From contig OZ059897.1 in NCBI GenBank assembly GCA_964057225.1, positions 13,268,001 to 13,332,000 of the forward strand: a stretch of 64,000 nt of DNA. The letters run 5' to 3'. The notes under the pieces were generated by a model. The model did no database searches and was not told the origin of the DNA. It saw nothing but the letters and a program-made list of their open reading frames with translations. This document shows positions 13,641 to 27,100 of this stretch, in pieces; the first letter of the stretch is position 1; the number at the start of each line of letters is the position of its first letter. The position numbers and the translations under genes were made by a program. The DNA comes from Auanema rhodensis (taxonomy: Eukaryota; Animalia; Nematoda).

Positions 13641-16600
13641 GGTTAACACGTTGAATGGCTGCAACCCAGGAGACACGGTATATGTGGTCGTTTTGAATTC
13701 AGGATATATAGCAGAGAACTTGTAAACGAGCACTAGGAAGACCGGCTTAAAAACGATAATTAAACATAAGAATATAAGACAAATCATAAGTAATAGAGAT
13801 TATTCAGTTAAACAAAATAAAATTAATTGAATCTCATGGCTTAATGTCAATCTGAAGTATCATGAACACGTGACACTTTTCAAAAATGGAAGTGCATACA
13901 AGAAAAAAAGAATCTGAAGCCTGCTTAAAGGCTGTTGTGTCGCCGCAGGAACAGTTGCAGCGTCAGGTGTGCAGCTCGCTATCGGATCTGAGATAGAAGA
14001 AGCCGAGGGACAAGGGACCTCCTCCTTCGCCTTGCCTTCTGCTCCGGCTCTCTCGCAATGGGCGGAGTCTAATGCGTTCAACTAGAATGGGCCCAGGAAG
14101 ATCTGGCCGGAGCTAAGCAAGCAAGTTAGTTTTATCCAAAAGATACGGTAATTTCAAATTATTTCCACTAATTATATAGAAAAGATGATCGATTAATAAA
14201 ATAAATTTTAAATGAACGAGGAAGAAAAAATGTTGAAACCTGATCAAGAATGTGGGAGTATACTGTAGTATAAGAGGGCAAAGATAAAATGAAAATGTTG
14301 AAATAGATTATCAAGAGGATAACAAGAGCATTTTTTTAATAAAAAATAATTTTTATAAATTTAAATATTCAATTAAAATATTAAAATAACAAACTAATTA
14401 GTATTTACATATGTTTTTTTTTCATTTCTGAACAACTGTTTTGGATAACAGACACAACACACATGCTCAGTCTCTGTTCATATAAAATGTGGTCCTCGTC
14501 TGTTACTATCACGTCATTTGCAGGCAAGTTTATCAAGTCCTAAGGCATATTGACTTTATTTCTGATTATATTCTACAACTCTTTTCTCATTTACTGAATA
14601 TATTTCTAGAAATAGATGTTAATATCATAAAATTGGCTAACTTTCATGCAAATAAGCGTGGTCCAACATCTCACACATGAACTATCAGCATTTTCAAAAT
14701 AAATAACGTATTGAGCTTTTATAACGTATTGAACTTCTAAACCATAATATTCAAATATTTTTATTTATTCAAGTAGTATCTTTATTTAATTTTTATTTAC
14801 AATATAATGCAAAGATATCTGTATGATAGAACTATATTCTTAAAAATTCTTGAAATACTCAAAAAAAGACGTCAAAACTGTTTTTTATCATTTTGAATAT
14901 ATTTGAAACATATTGAATAATTCTGTTAAGTCTTCTGTATCATAAAAGTTCCGTGTGTCGTCTCACGTTTCAGAACTTACCGTCTGCTCTTTCTTCTTTC
15001 ATTTGGCAACTTGACACCTTTTTTCCCGGAAGCCGATGAGATTAGTTCGCAAAAAAAGAAAGAAAAAGAAGATGGTCTGGTCACCAACCTTATAATTAAA
15101 TGATAAAGATTAAGCCGACAGTATTGTACCGCTTTTCTATCCGTAGAACTCTTTGAAATCAAAAGCAGTTTGATGAGAATATGTTTTTTTTGCTGGTAAT
15201 TTTGAAAATATAATTTCAACAATTTATGTAATAACTACAAGTTTTTAAATTTTTCAATGTAGCTTGGTAAATAATTCAAACCTAAGTTCATGTAATAGTT
15301 TAGTCATCATTTCGACAGCTGACCCTTATGTCCCAACAGAAGAAGCAATGCTATTTCATTCATGATAGCCCTTGAACACACCAGTCATGATATTTACAGA
15401 GACCAACTAATAGACATAGTGCCATCTAGTATATAGCCAAATCTATTACATAAATTAGTCTTTAAATCGAAACTTTAAAAAGAATTTGTTGTAAGAAATT
15501 TCGATAAATCGTATCCTGTCGCTGAGGCAAGTTAATGAAAACGGCGGCCGCCCGCTTTCGCATCTAGTCATTGTAGGATTTGGAAACTGTTCTATTAACT
15601 TTGTTGTCGTGTCTGACCCGAGAATTGCGTCACAGCTATCTGAATTGAGGTTTGTCGTCTGGTTAACATATAGATAAGAGGAAAAACTCTTTTCATCTAT
15701 GTGATCCGAAGTTAATCCTATCACTAAGTTATGTTACAATAAAAGAAAGAATCCGAAATACAAATATTAGTCTTTTAACTAAGATTATTATAATAGTTTG
15801 TAGATTTATAATAACTTAGTTATTCATAGACTTAGGACTTTTTAAAATTTATTACAATCATCAGTCTCAATACACTACTTTCTTCAATTTTAACTCATTA
15901 ATCAGAGTCTTTCTTATTTTTTTTCGAAAAATCATTCATAATACTAATCTTTCGCCAAGGGATTTTGATTCATTGCATTTCTTTAAATTATATTTGAACA
16001 CTATATCATTAAAATATTTTTAAAATAATTAAATGTTACAGTATACTCTTATTACAGTATACAGATGACTGTGTCTAAATATGTCAATATTAATTATTGT
16101 CTATAAATTAATATTTCTCTTCGATGTGCTTATTACAAATTACGTAAAATGGAATAGCTCATTACTATCACAAATACACATCAAGACAATGAAAGTAACG
16201 ATAAATCAGATTTTACTGAGAGATTTAGAAAGAATTATGAAGGATTGCAAAACAAGTTCGTTGTACGAAGTAGGGTACCAGGCCTGGAGATGATGCGATC
16301 TGGTGAGCAGACGTACAACAAATCTGTCATATATCATGATCAGAGCAGAATCATAGTCAATGAAAAACTGACACGACAGTTTATGACTCTTTATGATGGT
16401 TGTACGATGACTTCTTCGTTATTCTGCCATTTATTCCTCATCATCATCATTTTCTCTCAAAGTTTGCACCATCAGATTGTATTTTTCAATCATAAATATG
16501 AATACAACAGCATAAAAGTCGTGTAAAACAAAATTTTTTTTCAACTAAAAACAAGAAAAGTTTTGTTTGAATACCTTGTAGTAAAATTAGTTGTCTATGT

Positions 16601-17235
16601 CTTAAAACTAAAAGTATCATTCAATACTAATCATTTACTAGTTACCTACTGTATCAGGTCTCAAATAACTCCTTCTCTTCGTAGAAAAAGCTTAATTTTC
16701 CAGAGTGAAAGACAAGGAAATTTTACAAACAGCTGTTAATTAGCTTTTCCTCTAGCCCGCCTTTCTCAAGCTTTTTGTAATTGATCATCACTCTTACTCA
16801 TTTCAACTGATATCAGTTGAAGACAATCATCTAATGCTTATCCCTTTTTGTTTCTAGACAAAAAGAATTTCTAAAGACAATCAAGATGCATCTGATTGTG
16901 ATTAGTTCGATATTTATCAGAGAAATGAGGAGTGAGGGAAAGAATAAGTGCGGACACAAGGATAATAAGGATGAGATGAATGATGTAAGAAAGAAAGAAT
17001 GAGAGAAAGAGAGAGCAGTAAAAAGAAGAGGGAAAGAAAATTAAGGAAGATAAAAGAAATAATTTTAAAAGATAAAATGTTATTGATCAAATAGTCAAAT
17101 CAAGAGAAAGTGGAATGATTTCATAAACATAATATCATTATATGTATGTTACAGAAAAAAAGTTTTTTTTTAATATTTTATTCTTTAATTTTTTTTTTGA
17201 AACTTTATTATATACAAAACAGTTTTGGGAAAGCT

Positions 17236-20200
17236 CTAACTAACAATAACATTTTGATTTTGATCCAGCCGTTTACATGATCGTTCTCTAGCTTTAACTA
17301 CACATTTATACTTTGGAGGTGACACTGTAAGCCCTAAAATTCGAGATGTTGAGATTTCAACTCCAGGTGGAGGAGCAAATGAGAATTTTTTCAAAAGATT
17401 AGCAAAAATTAAGAAAAGCTCGGCACGAGCTAAAGATTCTCCAAGACATTGTCGCTTTCCAATCGAAAAAGGAATAAACTCTTCAAATCGTCGTAATTTC
17501 CCCTCAGGAGTCAGAAATCGTTCCGGATTAAAACTCTTTGGATTTTCAAAAATGTTTGGATCCTGAAAGTAAAAATATAAAAAATTGTAAAAATTAAATG
17601 AAACTATACCTGCATAAGTATAGATATTTGAGGAATAACTAATGTTCCTTCAGGATAATAATATCCATCCATTTCAACAGTTTCAGATGTGGTACGCAAA
17701 AGATTGATTGGAAGAATATTGGCAATTCGTTGAATTTCCTGGAAATATTGAATTAGTATTACGGTAGAATATAAAGAACAAACATTAATACATGCTTGAG
17801 TATATGGTAAATTTGGTCGATCCGCTAATGTGACCATATCATTTTGACATGAATCTAATTCAAGTTGAACTTTCTCTTGAACCTGGAATAAATTATGTTT
17901 AAAAAGAAAAATAAATTAAGATAAAAAAGATTGAATGCAACCAATTACAAAGAAATATGATTAGAAATGAGAAATAGTAGTTAACGTGAATCACGTGAGA
18001 ATGATTACTTACGTCCTTATGAATAGTAGCCATTAGGAATCCCCATTTCAATGTTGTTACTGTAGTTTCCATACCAGCAAAGAATAAATCTAACAAAAGC
18101 ATTTTCATCTGCCATTCACTGAAAGATTATACATATAATTCTAATAAATAAAACAAAATAAGATAAAACATACTCAAAATATCCCATATCATCATTAGTA
18201 TCTTTTCTTTTTTTAAGTTCTTCTAAATATTTGTAAGTAAAATCATCTTCATATGGTAGATCATTATCAAAAATTGTTTTATGTTTCTGAAATATTCTTT
18301 CATATGAAAAATATTTATTTTTTTATAAATTACCTGTATATGTCCATCTAAGAAAGACCATAAATGATTTCTTAATTTCATTAATTCATTCCATTTTATA
18401 TTTAATATTGGAATATTAGATGTAAATGGTAATGCAATATATAATCCCATAATTGGATTAACTACTAATTGAGATTGTTGATCTAACAATCCGTGTAAGT
18501 GATGCATTTCCCTTGAACCCTGAAAGCAGCAAAAAATGAAATTTATATTCTTTAATTTAGTTATACTTGAGGAAATCGTTCACCAAATAGTAAATTCATT
18601 ATAATATTTCCTACACAAACAGCAATAGGACTATGCATTTCAATTGGTTCATCTAGTTCTCCAAGATAATCGGAAAACGCTTCTACCTAGAACAATTTAG
18701 ATATATTGCTTGTTTACTATAATAATATTATTTATAATACCTCATACATAATTTTTTGTTCCATCAAAGCTCTACCTACACCAAAATCACGAAGAACATG
18801 AAGTGAGAATCGTCTTTGTTCTCTCCATTTATCTCCATCTATTTGAACAACTCCATTAACTCCACCTAGACAGACAAATTTCAAATTATGTGAATAGAAA
18901 ATATAAACTTTTGTATAGATTTCAATTCAAAATAATTATTATTAATCACATTTTCTTCAATTTTTATTGGAAATTGTCACCCGTAGGAAACAAAGTTCAG
19001 AATGTTCCATTTCAACTAATTTTCTTTCTTTCTTTTCTCATCATTTTTATTTTATACGACACTTGACACTTGACACGATCTCGATACTGCCCTAATTGCT
19101 TTTTACCATAAGTAGTTTCTATTAAAATAGGAAAAAATACAATACTACAGGTAATTTTTCTGTTAAGAAGAAAAAATAATAATTTTCTTACCCATAAATG
19201 TGTCAGTCACATAATTTCTCCAACGATTACTAAACTTATCAGCATTTTGAACAAAATATTTTTTGATTGATTCCATATCGCAGACCTTAATATAGAAATG
19301 TTCTATTTTTGTACCAAATTTCAATCTTTATTCTACCATAACAAGAGGAGTTGGTCCAATCCACACAGTGAATAATCCACCGTAGCGTTGTCGCCACGAT
19401 TGGAAGAGATCATCAATGGAAATACCTAATAATATTTGAATAGTATATATAATTATATTGGAAAATATAAATATTTAACTAATTCTAATATAGAATATTC
19501 ATAAAATTAATTAATTTTTTAGTTTTATTCTCAAATACCTGAAATAAACGAAGGCATGTTGCCTGCTACTAAATATGGTGTGGGACCACGGGGTAACCTT
19601 CGCCGTTTCCAATATAATTCATAGAAAAAATATGCACATATCAACAAGCATGATGATATCTATAATTGAATGTGATAAATTTATAATTTATTTAATTTGA
19701 ATTAGCTATATGCTATGATTGTTGACGAAAATAGTTATATTAGAACAAGTTTTACTATTGAAAAGTACAATTATATTTATCTTTACAAGTTTTTTAGTAA
19801 GTTTATAGGTTTCAATAAATCTCATCTATATAATTGTCAAGAATAATTTAGTTTTTCAAATATGTATAATTATAATATTTCATCTTAAAAGAATTATTTC
19901 ATTTTTTTTGTGTATTTCACAAAAAATCTTAGGTGAAGTTTTCTACCTTTACACTACAATCTCTTATAAACTAGTTCAATACGAGATTTGTTGAAATGAA
20001 AAATTGTAAAAACTCAATCAACATCTTCATATGTACTTCAAAAAGTTATTTTTTCAGTTTTTTTGATCTTTTGATTAATAGAGATATATTCTCAGCTGAT
20101 CACATCTCACTTCAAAATATCAAAAGTATTTCAAATAGATTTTTTTTCTGTTCAATTGGATTAAATGAACATCTTGCGACATTGTATCTCTTTTTTTCTT

Positions 20201-20684
20201 CTCATTCATAGCTATATTTGAAAAATCCAACTAATCATACGAAGAGACAAGAATTGAAAAAGGAAAAAAATCTCAATTGATTCAAGTGTGAAATAGCAAA
20301 GTCAAACTATTCATCTGCACCTTATTAATACTTGAAACTAGATCTGCACTTAATCTCGGAAAAAGCTTAAAGACTTTACTCCGGATTTTCTCACTTTTTC
20401 ACAATTCATATGACGAACTTTTCTTATTAAAATACAATAGTTTCATATAAATATGTTTCAAAATTTCAAACGATTGAATGGTCAATAACTGACGTATCAA
20501 GTTATAACATTTTTCAATATAAATATTATATTCGAAGTCAATCAAATACATTTTTCAAAGTGCGCTACAAATCAAATAAAAAACTTACGTATGGAAAAGC
20601 AATTATTATCCGGAAAATTCGTGGAAGAGCAATTGCTGTTGTTACAAGAGGTATGACTATATTTGCCACTGTGCTTTGGAGCAT
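17236..20684 (-). CDS. cyp-36A1: Cytochrome P450, CYP2 clan, most similar to CYP36A1
   Basis: Spliced frame has the YWKRRRLPRGPTP hinge, I-helix DLFFAGMETTVTTLKWG, K-helix EIQRIANILPINLLR, FNPERF and heme motif FSIGKRQCLGESLARAEL; stop at 17236-17238. First exon 20684-20589 (MLQSTVANIVIP...) is inferred from phase. The orthology symbol is from recalled motifs and less certain than the P450 call. Confidence 0.9.
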
Positions 20685-21372
20685 TTTGTTCACCTCATTC
20701 CAAACCAAAATAAAAAGAACAAAAACTAAAAAAAGAAAATTTTTAAATGTCAAAAATGAAAGAAATATATGAGAATTTGAAACAAAATATTTGAAAATAA
20801 CTGAATAATGACAGGAAACATGTGAGTTTTACAATGAAGCTTTGAAATGAATAAATGAGAAATGAAAGTCTTAAGTAAGAACTGGATATCAGAGGAAAAA
20901 ATGAGAATAATACTCAGACTAGTTGATCTGATTGATTGTAACATAATGATATAATCAGAAATTCTGTCAACAATATTGTCTTGGAAGTTACAATTTAATT
21001 TGAATCTGCTTGAGAATCTGGTATTCTAATGCTATTGCCACAGAAGTAATCTCATTTTGGTCAGCAGAGAACATTAATTAAAATTAATTGCATGAATCAA
21101 AGAATAATAATGCTTCTACAATAGCTTAGTAAGCTGATGCGATGCTTGCACCAGTTACATTGGAACGGTAAACTACCTGAAACATGCCCGTAGGTGACTT
21201 TCACGGGGGCAGATGAGACGCGAAATGGGACGTCAAACGGGGGGCAAACGATGACCAGCGAAAGTAGCCGTGGACGTTGGTTATGGGACAGACGGACATC
21301 AGGACGGATTGCGGTTACTCACAGGTTGTCTCCGTCCCTACCGTATTCTGATCTTCTGATGCCTCGTAAACT

Positions 21373-21421
21373 CACGTAGTCACTACAGAGGATGGTAATC
21401 ATTCACTCTGCTATGTACGTG
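21373..21421. promoter_or_regulatory. Pair of inverted TACGTG hypoxia-response-element-like sites upstream of the P450
   Basis: CACGTA at 21373-21378 and TACGTG at 21416-21421, about 0.7 kb 5' of the inferred CYP start in a GC-rich island. Confidence 0.4.
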
Positions 21422-24400
21422 AAAACGAAGAGAGGGAGTTCTCCATGAATAGACAAAACATCAGATGAGGATTTCATGAAATAGTGTAACCGATTTAGAG
21501 AGGGAAAGGCAAATTGTAAGAGAAGATGAGAACCTATCGTTGTTATAGTTGACGTTGGTGATCGGATGGTCAGAAGAATTGTGTCATCGACCACTCACAC
21601 TTTCAATATCTCCCTTTCTGTTATTTCCTCCTCCATCGTTCTCTCTCTCTTTCCTTCTCTCTCTCTGGTAATCTAATTCTTTATCTGTACTTCTCAGTTT
21701 CTTGATTCATCTTTCTCTCTCAATCTGTAAACCTTGACAGAATCCTCCCTTACAAGGGTTTACAATCACAAGTTATCTGACTTGTTAAATTTGTGTATGG
21801 ATGTGTTCTAAATAATTTCAATTGTTTCATTCCTTATAAAATAATTATTATAATACATATAGATTATAATATATTTTTTAATATTTCAAATACAATTAAG
21901 ATAATCATTTAATATAAACATTTAAGAAAACTGATAATTGGTAATAGATTGATTGAATTGGACGTTAGATATGTATATAATATATAAGTAACATTAGATT
22001 CTTGGCTACATATTAGTCTATACATATCTATATTTCTCGCTCTTTCTCTCTCTCTCTCTCTCGTTTACAATCAAATTCCTTAGACTATAAAGAGTGGCTA
22101 ATTCACAAGTCAATGAAATTGACGATAATGTTGATCGCAAAAAGATAAAAGTTACATAAGATTCGACAACTATTTCAAAAATAACATTAGAAACAACAAT
22201 TTTTAATCAAAAATAAAAAGAAAAACAAACAAAAAAAATTTTTCTGTTGTATTGTAGAAATCTAAGAAATGGATATACATACATACACACAGATATATGG
22301 ATAATAGTAGTAAAGGGTGTCGTATTTCCAGAATACAGACAAGTAATGAATTGGTTAGTTTAAAGCAATGAAGAGAGGACATGCTTCATTAATCTTTGTT
22401 GGTAAATGTCCAGTTTAGGACAATAACATTCTTTCTTAGAAACGTGTTGTTTGTCTGGAAGATGAATCTTCACCTGATAAAGCTTAGAAAGAAATAATTA
22501 AAAAGAATAACAATTAGAAATTAATTGAAGTTTTATTAAATATAAATTTCCCTACGAATCATTGAAGTTTCAGCAGCCAATTATGCTTCTTAACTCACCT
22601 TTATACCGTAAGCAGTTCCAATATTTTTCAGCTCTCAATACGGAATACACTAGAAACTACAATCTGTAGAAAAATCAAATATTTGTTTCTTTTAACAACT
22701 TTTTCTTCATTATTTTGCGAAACTATGGGATGTGATCTGATAACCAACCAAAAAATTCAAAGTCACATACCTCTGTGGCGAAAAATATTGTTACCTCACA
22801 ATGGTTACTAGATTTTTGATTTTTTACCTCATGACTAACAGTTCGGTAAATATTTCGCAGTTTCTTTGAAAATTACAGAAAAACTTGAACTTCTATAGTA
22901 AGTTTCCTTTTTTCGCGAAAACTATTTAAAGCAGCTATCTACAATCTATCGAAAATTATAGAATGCCTAAAGAAGAATTCAAGTAGCTACATTATAGTTT
23001 TAATTCATAATATTTCTTCTATCAGTATAATTCTTCTATTAACATAAATATTGTTGTTGTTGCTTGTTTAATAGAAATTTAAATTTAATTTGCTCAAATT
23101 TGAATATAATAAGTCACGTTTTTCACGTGATTTTTCATTTGAAATTCTTAAACTTAAATATCGGTTGCAACTAACTTTGATTTATCAATTCAATATAAAT
23201 ATTATAATTTGATTTTTAATTAAAACATATATGTTAGAATCTGCTTACGGCATAGAATTTTCTTCAAATTTTTCAACTCAAATATACAAAAGGAGTTTAT
23301 ACAGCTTTTCCGATTGTTATAGTTGTAAGCTATATTAAATCCGATATAAGCTTTTCAACATATGAACTTTCTACTTCACCTGAAGATGTGCTAATACCGC
23401 CCAGTTAATAGTTCTTTGACGTCAGCAATCGTTTTTATTTTTGTCATCCGTTCGATATTACCATTTAATCAACGCCTATAATCTCAAAGACTTCCAAACA
23501 CGACAAAGAAGACTAAAACTTCGAAGAGGTTGCTGTTCATATAACATCCTCAGCAGAACGACGATGGCGATGAAGACAGTGACCACCACAACGACGACGT
23601 CGCAGATGATGAAGACGATGAGAATAGCTGTTGCTGCTGCTAGTAACCTAGATCTCGTCTCTTGTCTCATCATTGAACAACACTTTCTCCAGTCTAGAAG
23701 AGATTACATCTTGTTGAACGACATGACGTTGTTCTCCTCCTTCTTCCACATCTTCATGTAGATTATCCATGAACAGAGTCACGTAAAAGTTTCTTTTGTC
23801 TTCGTTCCATTGCTGATCACCTCACATATCCTCCTGAATGGAATATTATCTGAACGTCTATCATTATCTATTTTTCTCTGATTCAAAGACCAATAGCTTC
23901 ATCATGGATAAAGATAAGTAGAACTTCGAATCGGATGACTTATCGCAAAACTTTTTGCAGTATCCGCCCCTGTTCTATATAGCTTTCTTACGCCATATTG
24001 ATTACTAGTTTTCGGAATCAGTTACGAGTATGCTATAAGAATTTCCAGATTTATATACCTTTGGTACTTTCTCCTCTCTTGCTCTCTCTTGACTTTGAAA
24101 AACGTTTGGTATGTGGTTCCTTAGGCTACATTTGAACAAGTTCTTGGAGACCAAATTACCAACTACAGTTTTCTATCATTTGTCGGAAATTATCCTAAAT
24201 GTCTTTGAAATTTGCCAACCAGTTTTGAAAGCTCGTTGATCTATCACATGTAGATATGATTTTACTTAAATGAATTCCGAATTTTTTCACATGACAGATC
24301 ATATGCCAACAATCTATTCCTATCAACGTGTTCATCTTTTTTACAATTTGAATGACTTTTGTATTAATACCAGTCTGACCTCCCTCGTCCAGTACAATTA

Positions 24401-24806
24401 GTCCAGTTCTAATATTTGGTCTTCATAATTTTTGTTCTTTTGATAACTTTTGCAAGAAAGTTCATAAGAGTTCAATAACTGTATGCCCACCTCTCTTTGA
24501 TAATCTATAATAGGACAGCTTAGAATCATTTTTCTTCAAAGTCGAATATGAGTGAATTTTTGCTGTTTTTGAAACGAAATTATGATCTCATATTCGTATT
24601 TACATAAACCTTTTATTTCTGTTATTCATTTGATTTACTCACTATAATTCATCAAAATCATCGGAATATTTATATATTTAATATAAATATTATTACATTT
24701 ATCTTCTAATTTTCATTTTTTAATTTTTTTAAATCTTTCTGGTCATATTTGAGTTTGAATGAAAAAGTTCTGTTCCATATTATACATTTTTGTTTCTTTT
24801 ATAGAA

Positions 24807-26411
24807 ATGGAAACTGTAGTTGTTACCGGAGCAGCTGGTCTTGTAGGCCGTTTTGTTGTCGAACGATTAAGTAAAAATGAAAATATAAAAGAAATTCGTA
24901 TGATTGACCGTCAAGAATTACATTTTAAAGGTTTAGACACTTATATTATTAATAAAAATTCTATTTTTATCAATTTTTAGCTAGAGGTGGAAAGGTTAAT
25001 ATACGAAGTATGGTGATTGATTTGTGTGATGCTGGTACTTTGGAAAGAGCTATTGCTGGATGCACAACTGTTGTTCATTGTGCTCATCCAGCAATTCCTG
25101 TTGAATATCCAGATAAAAGCGAACGTCGTCAAATGTGGAAAGATTCTGTCGAAGGTATTTATTTAGAAATAACTTATGAAATTTCATATTCATCTCGTTT
25201 AAGCCACTGAAATCTTGTTAGAAAAGATGATTATGCGCGGTGCTACTCGTTTGGTATATGTAGGAGATGCTTATTCGGCTTTGCCTGTTGAAGATAACTA
25301 TGGCCTTGGAATTGAAATGTTCGAGTAAGTTTTTTGAGATAAGAGACATTTCTGAATCTTGTTTTTTTTGTAACTTAAGTACATTAAAATTGTTTCTTTG
25401 TAGGGGTTTTCCCAAGAATTATTTGCTTGGAGAATATGGAGAAGCCCGTACACGTGCTGAGATGGTGGCTAGAGCTACAGTAGCCCGCACTGGTAAGAAG
25501 ATGTTTCAAAATTCACCCTTTTTGCCATAAAAGCCAAATTAGTTCAATTATTAAAAATCTGAAAAAATATTATTTCAGATAATCAGCTAGTCGGAATGTT
25601 TTTACGTCCTGTTCATGTACACGGAGAAGGAAAAAGCACTTTCTTGTCCAATCTTCGTCCGTTGTCCGAAGCCGGAACATTGCCATATTTCGATGGAGAT
25701 CGTCGAGGAATGCACCAGTTTGTCAGTTCATATTTAAGAAAAAAACATCTCATTATTCTAAAATCTATAGATCTATGCTGGTAACTTAGCGGCTATTGTT
25801 GAAAAAGCAGTGGCTGGATTATCGTCTGATCCTGAAAAATACACAGGAGAAATAGTATACTGTATGGATGACACCGCAGTATTTCCAATGAGAGATGTAA
25901 GAATTTTAAAATATAAATTTCAGTTAAACTTTGAAATTAAATTTAAAAACGGAACAAACCAATTTAACTGCAACATATTTCTTTTCAGTTCTTAGTTGAT
26001 CGTTTACCAACCCATCATTACAACAATGATAATGTGGAATCCTTTACAAAATCTTGGTTCCATCACTATTTTAGCCAATTGAGATTTTCATGTGGATTAC
26101 AGGTTGTTTTCAGACATCTCGAAAAAAATTTAATTTTTGAAATTGAAGGTTACAAAACACACCATGAATTATCCGGTTTTTCGTCTTTTATTTGAAAAAA
26201 CTGTCGGTTTTTCGAATAGGACTCTCCGATTATTGATGGATCATATCCCAGAGGTGAATTTTCTAGAAGACAATTTGATCTCAATTTATATAAGAATAAT
26301 GAGAAATATAAAATGAAATGTTGTAACAAATTAATATTTCAGATTCCCCAATCAAAAGCTTTCAAATTATCATCTGGAGATTATTCAGAGCGAGAATCCA
26401 TTAAAGGCTAA
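24807..26411 (+). CDS. 3beta-hydroxysteroid dehydrogenase-like extended SDR with atypical active site, 9 exons
   Basis: Exons 24807-24930, 24981-25154, 25204-25324, 25404-25492, 25579-25721, 25771-25896, 25989-26102, 26149-26253, 26343-26411. Rossmann motif VVVTGAAGLVG, GCTTVVHCA, LRPVHVHGEG, HQFIYAGNLA. TTTTATAG acceptor-like site directly before the ATG. Confidence 0.9.
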
Positions 26412-26915
26412 TTATTATGGAAATGAATATTATGAAACGTATTACTTGAAATCTTAAAATATTTTTAGAATAATAGAAACTTTTACTTTTTAAATCAGAA
26501 GAAGATGATTGTCTCGTCTAGATATTATTCAGTCTCACCATGTATTTCATATTGTGAACGTGTATATTTAAAATCAATCTGAATTCTTTAATTAATCAAA
26601 TTATATATTTTATTTCATCAAAAAAACATCTGTTTTTGAATTCTATTGATATTTTTTAAATATTTATCTTTACAAAAATACTTTATTGCAATTTTAATAT
26701 GTTTTCTTTTAATTAATATTATTATTATTATTACATCTTTATATTTATCTTTATATATACTATATATTATATAAATATTCTTATTCTTAATTATTTTATT
26801 TATACATATCAATAGGTATATCTTCATTTTATTTTAATCAATTAAAACTTCCTATAGTTTCAACAGCATATTTCATCTCTGATGCTGTACGGAAAAAAGC
26901 GAAATTCTTCTAGCT

Positions 26916-27100
26916 GCGCTTAAGCCACGTCGTCTTTATCGTTGTCGTAGAGGCGTGGCTCTGAATAAAACAAGTTTCTCTCTGTAGTTCGACCCAGAAA
27001 TGGACACGTCGACAAAGTCTAACAGAGGATTCGGCTTTACTAAATACTGACATCAGTCTTGAAGGAAGACTGTTCGTGTATTTCAATGTACCTTAAGCGC
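26916..27100 (+). ncRNA. Candidate structured non-coding RNA (family unassigned)
   Basis: 9-bp closing stem (26916-26924 with 27092-27100) enclosing three hairpins, one capped by CCA-GAAA-TGG; B-box-like GTTCGACCC at 26987. Folded by eye only. Confidence 0.35.

Noticed and set aside
21726-21764. TGTAAACCTTG / CAAGGGTTTACA inverted repeat
   Set aside because: Single short stem with a bulge and 16-nt loop; too short for a pre-miRNA and has no other support.
26920-27096. TTAA-flanked segment as a piggyBac-type MITE
   Set aside because: No terminal inverted repeats inside the TTAA sites; the complementarity extends outward instead.
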